Below, piece by piece: positions 18,700 through 28,852 of a stretch of 64,000 bases of DNA. A program made the translations under genes and the position numbers. This stretch comes from Candidatus Aminicenantia bacterium (lineage in GTDB: Bacteria > Acidobacteriota > Aminicenantia > UBA2199): positions 61,187 to 125,186 of the forward strand of contig CBDDBX010000043.1 in the NCBI GenBank assembly GCA_965225955.1, written 5' to 3'. Each line of letters starts with the position of its first letter. Positions within the stretch are counted from its first letter, which is position 1. Below the pieces are notes generated by a model that had not been told where the DNA came from, searched no databases, and saw nothing but the letters and a program-made list of their open reading frames with translations.

Positions 18700-19956
18700 T
18701 TAGAGATTCTGGTAGAGTTTATCCTCTCCTTCAGATTTTGCAACCACCACGGTTCCTATACTGTCACTCATGACATTGATCATCGTACGATACATATCAA
18801 GAGGTCTGTCCACCGCGAGCATTGTACCAATAATCATTGCTACATCAGTATCCTTGAAGCCCACAGCCTGGGTAACAATAAATATAACCACCAGTCCTGC
18901 ACTCGGTATTCCGGCACAACCTATTGACGCCAGCAGAGCAGTAATAACAATAATAAACTGCTGTACAAGTGTTAATTCCAGTCCCAGAACCTGACTTATA
19001 AATATAACTCCGGCACACTCATATAGTGCTGTTCCATCCATATTTATTGTAGCCCCGAGAGGCAGAACAAAACCGGAAACTTTACCGGAAACTCCAGCAT
19101 TCTCCTCAACATTTTTCATTGTCAGAGGAAGAGTTGCATTTGAGGAGCTTGTTGAAAATGCCGTCAGAAGAGCAGGTGCCATAGCTTTGAAATGTTTAAT
19201 CGGATTCATGCGGGTAGTAAGATAGAAAATAAGAGGCAGAAGAACAAGAAGGTGTATGGAAAGAGCAATAAAGATAGTAAGGACATATTTACCAACAGCA
19301 GCAAACATTCCAAAACCTGTATTGGATACACTCCTAACCATTAAGCCTAAAACCCCTAAAGGAACAATTTTAATAACATAGTCTGTCATTTTCATCATTG
19401 CTTCAAAAGAGGCATCAAATAGGCCTTTTATTTTAAGGGAACTATCTGAAGAGATATTATTAATAACTATCCCAAGGAACACTGAGAAGAAGATAATACC
19501 AAGCATATCACCATTAACAGCTGCACTGAAAGGGTTAAGGGGAATCATTCTTATCAATATATCTGCCGTAGATGATGGTGCTGCAACAGAGTTTGGATCA
19601 AAACCTGAATTCACCGGCAATTCAGCTCCTACACCCGGCTGGAGGAGATTTGTGAGCATAAGGCCCGTCATTATTGCAGCAAAAGAGGTTACAAGGTAGT
19701 ACAGAAGAGTTTTAAAACCAAGACGTCCAAGGCTCTTTCCTTTTCCAATCCCGGAGACTCCGCTTACAATAGAAGTAAAAATAAGCGGAACTATGATCAT
19801 CCTGAGAAGTCTCATAAAAATAGTACCCATAGAAACGATAGCCTTAAACAGCATACTATCAGGGTTACCACCCTCAACTTCCCTGAAAACAAGACCAATT
19901 ATCGTACCCACAACCATTGCGATTGCTACCTGCCAGTGTAATTTAAGCTTCATCAT
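18700..19956 (-). CDS. dctA: Dicarboxylate/amino acid:cation symporter (DctA/GltP family)
   Basis: About 418 aa. 8-10 TM segments, family-typical Gly-rich re-entrant loops. ORF-track start is a GTG; ATG-ATG follows a GGAGG SD. Confidence 0.8.
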   Translation of the reverse strand: MMKLKLHWQVAIAMVVGTIIGLVFREVEGGNPDSMLFKAIVSMGTIFMRLLRMIIVPLIFTSIVSGVSGIGKGKSLGRLGFKTLLYYLVTSFAAIMTGLMLTNLLQPGVGAELPVNSGFDPNSVAAPSSTADILIRMIPLNPFSAAVNGDMLGIIFFSVFLGIVINNISSDSSLKIKGLFDASFEAMMKMTDYVIKIVPLGVLGLMVRSVSNTGFGMFAAVGKYVLTIFIALSIHLLVLLPLIFYLTTRMNPIKHFKAMAPALLTAFSTSSSNATLPLTMKNVEENAGVSGKVSGFVLPLGATINMDGTALYECAGVIFISQVLGLELTLVQQFIIVITALLASIGCAGIPSAGLVVIFIVTQAVGFKDTDVAMIIGTMLAVDRPLDMYRTMINVMSDSIGTVVVAKSEGEDKLYQNL

Positions 19957-20013
19957 TCCTCCAGACACAGATTTTAACAGTTAATATAATTCAAATCTAC
20001 GAATTTAAACCCT

Positions 20014-21579
20014 TTATAGTTTCTCTCTTAGTTTTCTGTGATAGGTTACAGCCCGTCTGTGAACTTCATCCCTTATGTTCTGAAAAAGAAAAAGAGCTGC
20101 AGAATCGGAGGGTAATTTTACAATTTCCCCTTTCTCAGTATAAATCTCCTCCTCTTTTTTGGCCAGAGCTACAATATCCACATCAAGTGCCAGTTCTTTC
20201 TTAATATCAAGAGCTGCCCCAAGCTGAGGAGCCCCTCCGTCTACGATAATAAGGTCCGGTAAGTTTCCGCCTCTTTTACCTCTTCTGTTCAGAACCTCCG
20301 CTATAGCTGCAGGGTCACCACCACTCTTTCCTTTCATTTTGAAATTGCGGTAGCGTTTCTTCACAGGATCGCCTTTACAGAAATGAACAAGAGCTCCTAC
20401 CCGGTGATGTTCTGCAAAGTGGGAAATATCTACAGCCTCAATTGTAACCGGTAATTTTTCAAGAGAGAGAGCCTGCTTCAACTCATTAGCCACTTCACCA
20501 TAAAACTCCTGCCTTACTCTTATTTTCAGATTAAGTTCTGCAAGTTCCACAATACGCCGTTTACGACCTCTTTCGGGCGTTCTTATTACAATCTTTCGTC
20601 CCCTTATATCTGACAGAACTTCAGCCACATCATCCAGCCCCGGACACTCTGAAAAAAGATTGATCTCTGCAGATTCTTCAGAGGAGGAGTAGCCTCCAAG
20701 CAGAAAATAGCGCAGCGCATCACACCTATCCATACCTTTTACAATTTCAAGAGAGCTGAATTCCCTCTTTCTTACAGCTCCTCCTTTTACACAGAAACGG
20801 AAAAAAAGAAATTTATCTTCAGTATTACAGAATGCTACTCCATCAAAATCGTCTTCAGAAACAGATATCATATAAGAGAGTGATTCTCTTGAATTAAAAA
20901 AGTCTATTATCTCTTTCTTTTTCTGGGCAGCTTCAAATTCAAGATTTTCAGCATCTCTTATCATTCCCTCTTTCAGGCCTTCTGTAACAACAGAACTCTG
21001 CCCTTTAAGAAAAGCCAGACCCATTGACACAGCATCACTGTAACTCTGCTCCACCTCTTTTTCGCAGGGTGCAAGACACTTTCCCATATAGTGATAGACA
21101 CAGGCTCTCCGGGTACTGAATTTTGTATCAGAGCAACAACGGATTCCCAGAGTTGTTATAAGATGCTCAAGAAGTTCCCGTCCTTTCCGGGCATTTACAA
21201 GAGGTCCGAAATAGTAGCTTCCCGGAGTTCCTGTTCCTCTTACAAGGCGTAATCCGGGATATTTGTGACCAAGGGATATCTCAAGAAACAGAAAACTCTT
21301 ATCGTCTTTGAGTTTTACGTTATATAAAGGGGAATACTCTTTGATAAGGCTGTATTCAAGTAGCAGAGCGTCTTTTTCAGAGTTGGTTACAATATACTCA
21401 AGCTCATCAGCCTCTGCAGTCAGGTCAACACCACTGACATGACTGCTTCCTTTGAAATAGGTTTCAGTTCTCTTTCTGAGGTTGAGAGCTTTGCCTATGT
21501 AAAGAACGCCTTTTTCTTCAGACCGGAAGATATAAACCCCCGGTCTTTCAGGCAGGTCTTTATGATTTCTTTTCAACAC
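20014..21579 (-). CDS. uvrC: Excinuclease ABC subunit C (short form lacking the C-terminal HhH2 domain)
   Basis: 521 aa. GIY-YIG (GVYIF...YIGKA...NLRKR). UvrC Cys-rich middle. RNase-H-like endonuclease domain ending ...DEVHRRAVTYHRKLREKL with nothing after. Confidence 0.85.
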   Translation of the reverse strand: MLKRNHKDLPERPGVYIFRSEEKGVLYIGKALNLRKRTETYFKGSSHVSGVDLTAEADELEYIVTNSEKDALLLEYSLIKEYSPLYNVKLKDDKSFLFLEISLGHKYPGLRLVRGTGTPGSYYFGPLVNARKGRELLEHLITTLGIRCCSDTKFSTRRACVYHYMGKCLAPCEKEVEQSYSDAVSMGLAFLKGQSSVVTEGLKEGMIRDAENLEFEAAQKKKEIIDFFNSRESLSYMISVSEDDFDGVAFCNTEDKFLFFRFCVKGGAVRKREFSSLEIVKGMDRCDALRYFLLGGYSSSEESAEINLFSECPGLDDVAEVLSDIRGRKIVIRTPERGRKRRIVELAELNLKIRVRQEFYGEVANELKQALSLEKLPVTIEAVDISHFAEHHRVGALVHFCKGDPVKKRYRNFKMKGKSGGDPAAIAEVLNRRGKRGGNLPDLIIVDGGAPQLGAALDIKKELALDVDIVALAKKEEEIYTEKGEIVKLPSDSAALFLFQNIRDEVHRRAVTYHRKLREKL

Positions 21580-22429
21580 CTTTTTTCTTGGCTAATTTCT
21601 TATAGAGTTTATCTCTCTTCTTCTCTTCTCTTGATTTCTTCTCTTTAAGCTCAATATTTTTCTGTTTGATCTCATTGATCTTATCAATATGCTTCTTTGA
21701 AGTCTTAACCAGTCTTGACTGAGGATAACTGGTAATAACTTTCTGGAAGAAAGATATAGCTGAATCATATTTTCTCAGGAAGAAATATGATTTCCCTGTA
21801 AAGAAGAAGAGCTTATCATTCATTTTAAAGTTTGGATACTCATCCATAACCTGTTTAAATCTCTGGATTGCTCCTCTGAAAGCTTTAAACTTATAGTTAT
21901 AGTATCCAATTGTATAGTAGTGAATAGAGAGCTGTTCTCTCAGTTCTGCAATTTTTGCTCTTGCCTTTTCTGCCTCATCTGTATTCCCAAACATATTAAG
22001 GAAGTTTTCAAAAGCAGTAATAGCTTTAAATGTATTTGTCTGATCCCTTCCAGGGCTCTTCACATCATTGTAATAGCACATGCCAACCTGATATTTTGCA
22101 TAGATTGCATCAGGTGAGTTTGGATACATACCAACATATTCTGTATACTCTGATGCTGCAAGTACCAGTGAACCGCCATCATTTTCCCTGAAATATGAAT
22201 CTGCAATTCCGATTTTTGCTCGTCTTGCATATACACTATCTGGATAGAGATGGATAATCTCTTTAAACATCAGACGTGATTTTTCAGGATCTTTCTTTAC
22301 AAATTTACGGGCTTTAAGATAGATCTCTCTATCTGTACCTTTAGGTTTATCCTGAACCTGTTTTCTACAGGCTGTAAGCAACATGATACCGGCACATATA
22401 ATTATTAAGATTAACTTTCCACGATTCAT
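21560..22429 (-). CDS. TPR-repeat outer-membrane lipoprotein, BamD-like
   Basis: 289 aa. Lipobox LLTAC. Several TPR-like helical pairs and a Lys/Glu-rich tail. Located beside rpe. Confidence 0.5.
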   Translation of the reverse strand: MNRGKLILIIICAGIMLLTACRKQVQDKPKGTDREIYLKARKFVKKDPEKSRLMFKEIIHLYPDSVYARRAKIGIADSYFRENDGGSLVLAASEYTEYVGMYPNSPDAIYAKYQVGMCYYNDVKSPGRDQTNTFKAITAFENFLNMFGNTDEAEKARAKIAELREQLSIHYYTIGYYNYKFKAFRGAIQRFKQVMDEYPNFKMNDKLFFFTGKSYFFLRKYDSAISFFQKVITSYPQSRLVKTSKKHIDKINEIKQKNIELKEKKSREEKKRDKLYKKLAKKKGVEKKS

Positions 22430-23089
22430 TTAATTTCTCCCTGCTCTCTCCAGCAGCATCTGTACTGTTTTCTCTGCATCTGAGGCATTGTATAGATAAG
22501 TGCCCACAACAAATAAATCTGCACCGGATTCTGCGACTTTCTTAATATTATCACTTTTCACTCCGCCATCCACTTGTATCAGGCATTCAGAATTCATAGA
22601 CTCTATTTTTCCTTTAATCGTTGCAATCCGTTTATAAGTTTCTTCAATAAAAGATTGCCCTCCATATCCGGGAAAAACACTCATAAGTAGTATATAATCA
22701 ACATCTTCCAGATACTTATCAACTTCATCAACATCTGTATCAGGGTTCAGTACTATACCTGCTTTAAGCCCGTTGCTTCTGATAAGTTTGAGGTTATCAC
22801 TAATATTATCCCCGGTTTCTATATGAATAGAGATCCAGTCTGCGCCGGATTCAATAAACCATGGAACAACTTTTGACGGATTGTCCACCATGAGATGAGC
22901 ATCAATTGTAAAATCAAACTTCCCCTTAAGAGCTTTAACAGCTGAAGGACCAAAAGCCATATTTTTTACAAAGTGACCATCCATCACATCCAGATGTATA
23001 TGATCTATCCCTGCTTTTTTAAAATCTGTTAATCTGGACTCCAGATCAAAAAAATCTGTAGTCAGAATTGAAGGGAAGACAGGATTCAT
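22430..23089 (-). CDS. rpe: Ribulose-phosphate 3-epimerase
   Basis: 219 aa. SILTTDF, HLDVMDGHFV, VDGG signatures. Confidence 0.9.
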   Translation of the reverse strand: MNPVFPSILTTDFFDLESRLTDFKKAGIDHIHLDVMDGHFVKNMAFGPSAVKALKGKFDFTIDAHLMVDNPSKVVPWFIESGADWISIHIETGDNISDNLKLIRSNGLKAGIVLNPDTDVDEVDKYLEDVDYILLMSVFPGYGGQSFIEETYKRIATIKGKIESMNSECLIQVDGGVKSDNIKKVAESGADLFVVGTYLYNASDAEKTVQMLLERAGRN

Positions 23090-23808
23090 TCACTCACCTC
23101 TATTTCCAGTATATTTTTGTTTGTTATGCTATGCCCGGGTAAAGGTTTCTGTTTAATTACAATACCAGGTTCAAGCCCCTGATAAGGAACTACTTTTACT
23201 TTTGAAACAGTAAGCCCCCACTGCATGAAGAAATTCTCCACATACTCCCGTCTTTTGTATATAAGATCAGGCATTATGTATGCTTTTGGAGCAGCTCCTT
23301 TGCTAAGCAGCAAATCTATTCCCTGTTCTGCCATCACAGAAATTCCCGGTTTTGCAGATTGGGAAATAACAAAATCAGCAGGAACAATGTCTGAATGCAT
23401 ATAGGCAATATGCCCTCTTCTCAGGCTGTTCTTATCAAGAATTTCCTGAGCCTGCTTCAGATTATGCCCTATTAGTTCAGGCATAACTGTTTTCTTTACT
23501 TCAGCATTTACAAAGACTTTCATAACTGCACCTTCCCTGACCTTTATCCCCGGGTTAGGCGTCTGGGTAATAACAGTATTTGGCAGGTTCGTTTTATCAT
23601 AGCTGACCTTTATGGTTTTAAGCTTAAAACCCCTCTTCTGAGTAAGCAGTTTTACTTCAGATAGAGTTTTACCGCGAAAATCCGGCGCTTCAACCACCTC
23701 ACCCCGAACGAGAAATCCTACAGTGAAATAGATTGAGAGAACATAAACTACTCCTGCTGTCAATAACAGTAGCAAACCTTTAACCAGCCATACTAAAAGC
23801 CTTTTCAT
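23086..23808 (-). CDS. Membrane-anchored PASTA-domain protein (no kinase or transpeptidase domain)
   Basis: 240 aa. N-terminal TM helix followed by three PASTA-like repeats. 4-bp overlap with rpe. Confidence 0.65.
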   Translation of the reverse strand: MKRLLVWLVKGLLLLLTAGVVYVLSIYFTVGFLVRGEVVEAPDFRGKTLSEVKLLTQKRGFKLKTIKVSYDKTNLPNTVITQTPNPGIKVREGAVMKVFVNAEVKKTVMPELIGHNLKQAQEILDKNSLRRGHIAYMHSDIVPADFVISQSAKPGISVMAEQGIDLLLSKGAAPKAYIMPDLIYKRREYVENFFMQWGLTVSKVKVVPYQGLEPGIVIKQKPLPGHSITNKNILEIEVSE

Positions 23809-23914
23809 ACTGTCCTAATCTATCACATAAGGCCTCTGTTTTCAAGAAGCCTCCACCTTTTATACACCGCTGCATATATTGATATTATGTAGGAATTGTA
23901 TTATATTTTACCCC

Positions 23915-26062
23915 ATGCTTAAGTATTTCTTTGAACTTCAGGAAAAAGTTGTCTCCTACTACCCGGATGCAAATACAGAGATTTTAAAAAAAGCTTACAC
24001 AGTTGCAGCTCAGGCTCACATGCATCAGCTGCGGGCATCAAATGAACCATACATTATCCACCCTCTTGCTGTTGCTGCTACTCTTACAGAGATGAAACTT
24101 GATGAGATCTCAATTGCTGCTGCAATGCTTCACGACGTTGTTGAAGATACCGATACTACCATTGAGGATATCGCAAAATCCTTTGGTACAGAAATAAGCG
24201 AAATTGTCTGGGGAGTGACCAAAATATCAAAAATCCAGGCCTTTGATGCTGAGAATGCGAAAGCAGAAACTCTGAAAAAAATGATCGTTGCAATGACTAA
24301 CGACGTCAGAGTTATTCTTATTAAACTTGCAGACCGGCTTCACAACATAAAAACACTGGGGGCACTTCCACCGGAAAAGAGAGTACGTATAGCACGGGAA
24401 ACTCTTGAGATATATGCTCCTATTGCGTACAGACTGGGAATTGGTAAGATAAAAGAAGAGCTTGAGAACACATCATTTAAACATGCCTACCCCGAAGAGT
24501 ATGAGAGAATCAGGGGAGGTATCAGTTCCAGAAAGATCTGGGCTCACGAAAAACTGGAAAGAATAAAGAATAATCTGGAAGAGATTCTTAGTAAGTTCAA
24601 CATAAAAGGAGATATCTCTTTCAGAATAAAAAGAGAGATCTCAATATATCGCAAGCTTTTAAGACAGAATATAGATCTTGACAAAGTATACGATCTTCTT
24701 GCTCTGAGAGTTATAACTGACTCCATAGAGCACTGCTACACAATAATGGGGGAAATACATCAGAGATGGCAGCATATTCCTTCAAGATGGCGTGATTTCA
24801 TTGCTCATCCGAAGAACAATGGCTACCAGTCAATACACACTACAATAATCTCTACTGACGGTACTAAATTTGAAATACAGATAAGAACCGATTCGATGCA
24901 CAGAATAGCTGAAGAGGGAATTGCTGCTCACTGGAAATACAAAGAGGGCATAAGTTTCCTGGAAAATGACCGTCGACTGCAATGGTTCAGGGACATGATC
25001 GATACCCATCGTCATAATCCCAATCCAAAAGATTTCATGAGTCTTATTAAAAAGGAACTTACTCCAAATGAGATCTTCGTTTTCACACCTAAAGGAAAGA
25101 TTATTAATCTTAGTGCAGGTGCTACTCCAATCGATTTCGCCTACGCAATACACACAGAAGTTGGTAATCACTGTAAAGGAGCAATTGTAAATGAACATCT
25201 TGTTCCTCTGAGAACCAAACTCAATTCCGGCGATGTTGTTGAAGTGGAAACATCAAATTCAGCGTCTCCAAGTCTTGACTGGCTTAAATTTGCTGTTACA
25301 ACAAAAGCAAGAAAAAAGATCACCGCATACATTCAGAAGCAGGAGATGCAGCTACAACTCACCAAAGGCAAAAGACTATGGATAAAGCATCTCAGAGAAT
25401 TAAAGAGAGTTCATAAGTTTACCTTAAAAGAAGATGATGTAGAACATCGTATTGCAAAACTTCACTATAAAGACCTTGACTCTTTTCTTAAAGATCTTGG
25501 CTCAGGAAGTAAAGTTCTTGATAGAAAAACATTGAAGATACTATTTCCTGAAACAGGTCCGGTGGAAGTCAAAATGCCGGTAAAACAGAAGCCCGGCAGG
25601 AAATCAACTACTCACAAACTGGTTAATATTGAGGGAATTTCAGGCATAGAGATCACCTTTGCCCGATGCTGTAACCCTATTAAGGGAGATCCTGTAAGAG
25701 GTTACATAACCCTGAATCGTGGAATGGTTATACATAAGTCTGACTGTCCTAATATAAGAAATCTTATTCCTTCAAGACTTAAGAGTGTGGAGTGGAACGA
25801 TAATAATGAGCATGTATATCAGGTTAAGTATGACATTATAAGTCTTGATAAGCCTGGTGTTCTGAACTCTATCTCAAAAATCACTACAGATTACAACTCA
25901 AATATTAAACAGATATCAACAGAATCTATATCCCAGAACAGCGTAAAACTTAAGATGACCTTTGAGGTTAAAGATACAGGACAGCTTGAGAAAATCTATA
26001 AGGCTTTCATCAAACTTAAGGATGTTATTTCTGTAAAACGGAGAAGGGTGGCAGTAAAATAA
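23915..26062 (+). CDS. spoT: Bifunctional (p)ppGpp synthetase/hydrolase RelA/SpoT
   Basis: About 715 aa from MLKYFF. HD hydrolase motifs (HDVVED). RelA/SpoT synthetase domain. TGS and C-terminal ACT-like region. Confidence 0.9.
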   Translation: MLKYFFELQEKVVSYYPDANTEILKKAYTVAAQAHMHQLRASNEPYIIHPLAVAATLTEMKLDEISIAAAMLHDVVEDTDTTIEDIAKSFGTEISEIVWGVTKISKIQAFDAENAKAETLKKMIVAMTNDVRVILIKLADRLHNIKTLGALPPEKRVRIARETLEIYAPIAYRLGIGKIKEELENTSFKHAYPEEYERIRGGISSRKIWAHEKLERIKNNLEEILSKFNIKGDISFRIKREISIYRKLLRQNIDLDKVYDLLALRVITDSIEHCYTIMGEIHQRWQHIPSRWRDFIAHPKNNGYQSIHTTIISTDGTKFEIQIRTDSMHRIAEEGIAAHWKYKEGISFLENDRRLQWFRDMIDTHRHNPNPKDFMSLIKKELTPNEIFVFTPKGKIINLSAGATPIDFAYAIHTEVGNHCKGAIVNEHLVPLRTKLNSGDVVEVETSNSASPSLDWLKFAVTTKARKKITAYIQKQEMQLQLTKGKRLWIKHLRELKRVHKFTLKEDDVEHRIAKLHYKDLDSFLKDLGSGSKVLDRKTLKILFPETGPVEVKMPVKQKPGRKSTTHKLVNIEGISGIEITFARCCNPIKGDPVRGYITLNRGMVIHKSDCPNIRNLIPSRLKSVEWNDNNEHVYQVKYDIISLDKPGVLNSISKITTDYNSNIKQISTESISQNSVKLKMTFEVKDTGQLEKIYKAFIKLKDVISVKRRRVAVK

Positions 26063-27505
26063 TCAGATCATCATCAACAGTCTCAATGCTCCGGTTAATA
26101 CAAGTATTGAGACTATGTTCAGCAGGAAACCCTTAAGTAGCATTTCCTTTAGAGAGATACCTTTGACTCCGCCAAAAGCCAGAGCATTTACAGGTGATGC
26201 CAGAGGGCTCATAAATGCTGCTGTAGAGCCAGTGGTTACAGCCAGAAGAAGGAATAGAAGATCGGGATTTCCGGTTCCGGTTAATCCTGCAGCAATAGCA
26301 AAAAGTATAACAATAACCGTTGTATTGTTAATTATTTCAGTAAGAAAAACCGAAAGCGCCACAATCACAATAAGTGTAGAGAAGATAGAGCTGGTTCCAG
26401 CCATAAGCATCTCCCCTCCTGCATTAATAAACCGGAAAATATATCCATCCAGCTCACTGGTTGCCGGGTCATCCCCCAATCTTAGAATTAACAGCACAAA
26501 GAGAATTACAACTCCCATAAAAAAGAGTCCAGCAAATGGGAGTTCGTGCAAAAGGCGTCCTACAGATATAAAAGAGGTTCTACTGCCATTTTTCAGATTT
26601 GGAACATTTTTATCGAAAAACAGATTCCATCCGGCACTGAAAGCTCTCCGGTTAAATACTCTCAATCCCGTTCCTCTGAACTTTCTCATATTAAATCTAT
26701 CACCAAGGTCTCTCAGTAACTCTCCTGTTATCACAGGAAGTATGAAGAGCGTGAAGAACCCAATTTGGTAAAAATTCCTCCCGACTCCCGGGATAAACGC
26801 TGTTTTTCTCGGCCATATTAAGCAGAAAGCTGCAAGTGCCACAACATAAATAGTAAGTGTAATATCTATCCAGTTCATACCATACAGAACTGCATCTGGT
26901 TTCAAAGAGAACTGAATTCCCGTCATAACGAATAGAAAAAGAAAATTGAGTCCCAGAACTTTTACTGTGGAACCTCCTGCTTCTTTTCTCTGTTTACCAG
27001 TATCAGTCAGCTGAATCTTATCATCAACTCTTCCGGCAGTAATCAGGTAGCGACTTAACCATAGCAGTAACAGAGTAATAGGTATTCCCGGCAGAAGCCA
27101 GGAGAAGAAAGTAACACTATCTTTCCCCGCAACATTGTATGCTTCTATATACCCAAGGAAAAAGATATTGGAGGATGCTCCGGTCATGGACCCCATACCG
27201 CCGATATTGGCACCATAAATAAGAGCCAGTACCAGATCTGTAGATATTATATCTGCATACTTTGCTTCCACAGACCGTCTTACCTCTCTTATAAGAGGCA
27301 GAAGAGCTATAACAACAACTGTATTCGGAAAAAAAAGGGAAAACCAGTAAGCTGGGAAAAGTATTGCGGAAATAAGCTCTTTCCGACTTGTTCTACCCTG
27401 AGGAGAGGTTCTTTTGATTAACTGAAAATGGAGTTCTTCTTCAACAACAATTCTGGAAATAAGAAACCCCGATACTATTATTATAAGATTCTGAAGCCAG
27501 CCCAT
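26063..27505 (-). CDS. Anion permease, ArsB/NhaD/CitMHS superfamily
   Basis: 480 aa polytopic membrane protein with duplicated Gly-rich hairpin regions (GANIGGMGSMTGASSN). Confidence 0.65.
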   Translation of the reverse strand: MGWLQNLIIIVSGFLISRIVVEEELHFQLIKRTSPQGRTSRKELISAILFPAYWFSLFFPNTVVVIALLPLIREVRRSVEAKYADIISTDLVLALIYGANIGGMGSMTGASSNIFFLGYIEAYNVAGKDSVTFFSWLLPGIPITLLLLWLSRYLITAGRVDDKIQLTDTGKQRKEAGGSTVKVLGLNFLFLFVMTGIQFSLKPDAVLYGMNWIDITLTIYVVALAAFCLIWPRKTAFIPGVGRNFYQIGFFTLFILPVITGELLRDLGDRFNMRKFRGTGLRVFNRRAFSAGWNLFFDKNVPNLKNGSRTSFISVGRLLHELPFAGLFFMGVVILFVLLILRLGDDPATSELDGYIFRFINAGGEMLMAGTSSIFSTLIVIVALSVFLTEIINNTTVIVILFAIAAGLTGTGNPDLLFLLLAVTTGSTAAFMSPLASPVNALAFGGVKGISLKEMLLKGFLLNIVSILVLTGALRLLMMI

Positions 27506-27509
27506 TTAA

Positions 27510-28073
27510 TCAGGAATTTATTCTGCGCTCCCTCTCTTCAAGGGAGAAGCTGCAACCGCAGTAGTTCTGATGATACATACCAAGTTCAGCCGACATCTTA
27601 CGGCCTTTCACAAAACCATCATTACTTTTGAAATTCTCCCCGACAAAATCTACCCCGAATTCTGCAGAAAGGGCTTCACCTTCACGATTGATCTGAGGAG
27701 TACTTTTATAAGGACTAATGGAAAGAGTTGAAGCTACAGCATCAAAACCTTTTTCTGAGGCATACTCAAAAGCTTTTCTGAATCTGAAATGAAAACAGAC
27801 TGAACAGCGTTTCCCTTTCTCAGGCTCATCTTCAAGGCCTTTGACTGCCTCATACCATTCACTACTGTTATATTCATCACAGTAGAGATCTATATTTTTT
27901 AATTCTGCAAGTTTTCTGATCTCTTCTTCCCTGAAGCGATACTCCTCTTCGGGGTGAATATTGGAGTTACTGAAAAAACCTGTAACCAAATAGTCTTCTT
28001 TAAGTTTTTCTATTACATAAACCGCACAGGGAGCACAGCAGATATGCAGAAGAATTCTCTTTTTTTCACTCAT
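27510..28073 (-). CDS. queH: Epoxyqueuosine reductase QueH (DUF208)
   Basis: 187 aa. Conserved HICCAPC, CSVC and CGCS Cys motifs. Confidence 0.8.
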   Translation of the reverse strand: MSEKKRILLHICCAPCAVYVIEKLKEDYLVTGFFSNSNIHPEEEYRFREEEIRKLAELKNIDLYCDEYNSSEWYEAVKGLEDEPEKGKRCSVCFHFRFRKAFEYASEKGFDAVASTLSISPYKSTPQINREGEALSAEFGVDFVGENFKSNDGFVKGRKMSAELGMYHQNYCGCSFSLEERERRINS

Positions 28074-28822
28074 CGGGAAGACTCCAGTTTCTTTCCAATT
28101 TCATACATAAGGATGGAAGCTGAAACACCTGCATTCAAAGATTCAATACTACTTTTCTGAGGAATTCTTACTGTTTTATGGGACTCAATTACAGTGGAAT
28201 TCACCCCCTGCCCTTCATTACCAATAACTATAATTGCTGGAAGCTCCATTTTTTCAGGTTTTATACTTTTCTTTATAAAACCTGAGGAAGCGATATATAT
28301 GTTATGTTTTTTCAGTTCACTTCTTTTAAGAAACTCCCCTGTATCTTCCACAACAAGACAGTGCATATCAAGAACCGCAGTCTGTGCAGCTCTGAGAAAC
28401 CTCGGGTTATTGGGGCTGACACAGTTACCTGACATTACAATTGCATCAATACCAAAACCAGCTGCAGACCGGAAAATTGTACCGGCATTCCCCGGATCCT
28501 GAAGGTTCTCAAGAACAACAATTGCATTACACTTATAGAGATCAAGCCTCTTTTTAGACTCTTTCACAACTGCAATCATATCGGGTTCAGTTTTCAGTGT
28601 TGAGAGCTTCTTCATAACCTGCCTGCTTACGCACCACAGTTCAGTTCCGGGAGTACAGAAAACATCACCGGCGAACTCTTCCAGTACAATCAGGATCTCA
28701 ACTCTGGAATTTCTGTCCAGAATATCTTCAACAAGTTTTCTCCCTTCAAAGACCCGCATATTATCGCGCTCTTTGAGGAACCATTTTACTCTATCGTTAT
28801 TTCTGGAGCTTATTTTAACCAT
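28070..28822 (-). CDS. TrmH/SpoU-family RNA 2'-O-methyltransferase
   Basis: 250 aa. SpoU motifs LENLQDPGNAGTIFRSAAGFG, VVIGNEGQG and SLNAGVS. Confidence 0.8.
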   Translation of the reverse strand: MVKISSRNNDRVKWFLKERDNMRVFEGRKLVEDILDRNSRVEILIVLEEFAGDVFCTPGTELWCVSRQVMKKLSTLKTEPDMIAVVKESKKRLDLYKCNAIVVLENLQDPGNAGTIFRSAAGFGIDAIVMSGNCVSPNNPRFLRAAQTAVLDMHCLVVEDTGEFLKRSELKKHNIYIASSGFIKKSIKPEKMELPAIIVIGNEGQGVNSTVIESHKTVRIPQKSSIESLNAGVSASILMYEIGKKLESSR

Positions 28823-28852
28823 AATAAATTATATCACAGTGGATATTTCCCA

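Noticed and set aside
26115-26771. 218-aa + strand ORF inside the permease gene
   Set aside because: Antisense to a polytopic permease gene with a clear TM pattern. Product is Pro/Ser/Arg-rich low complexity typical of antisense frames.
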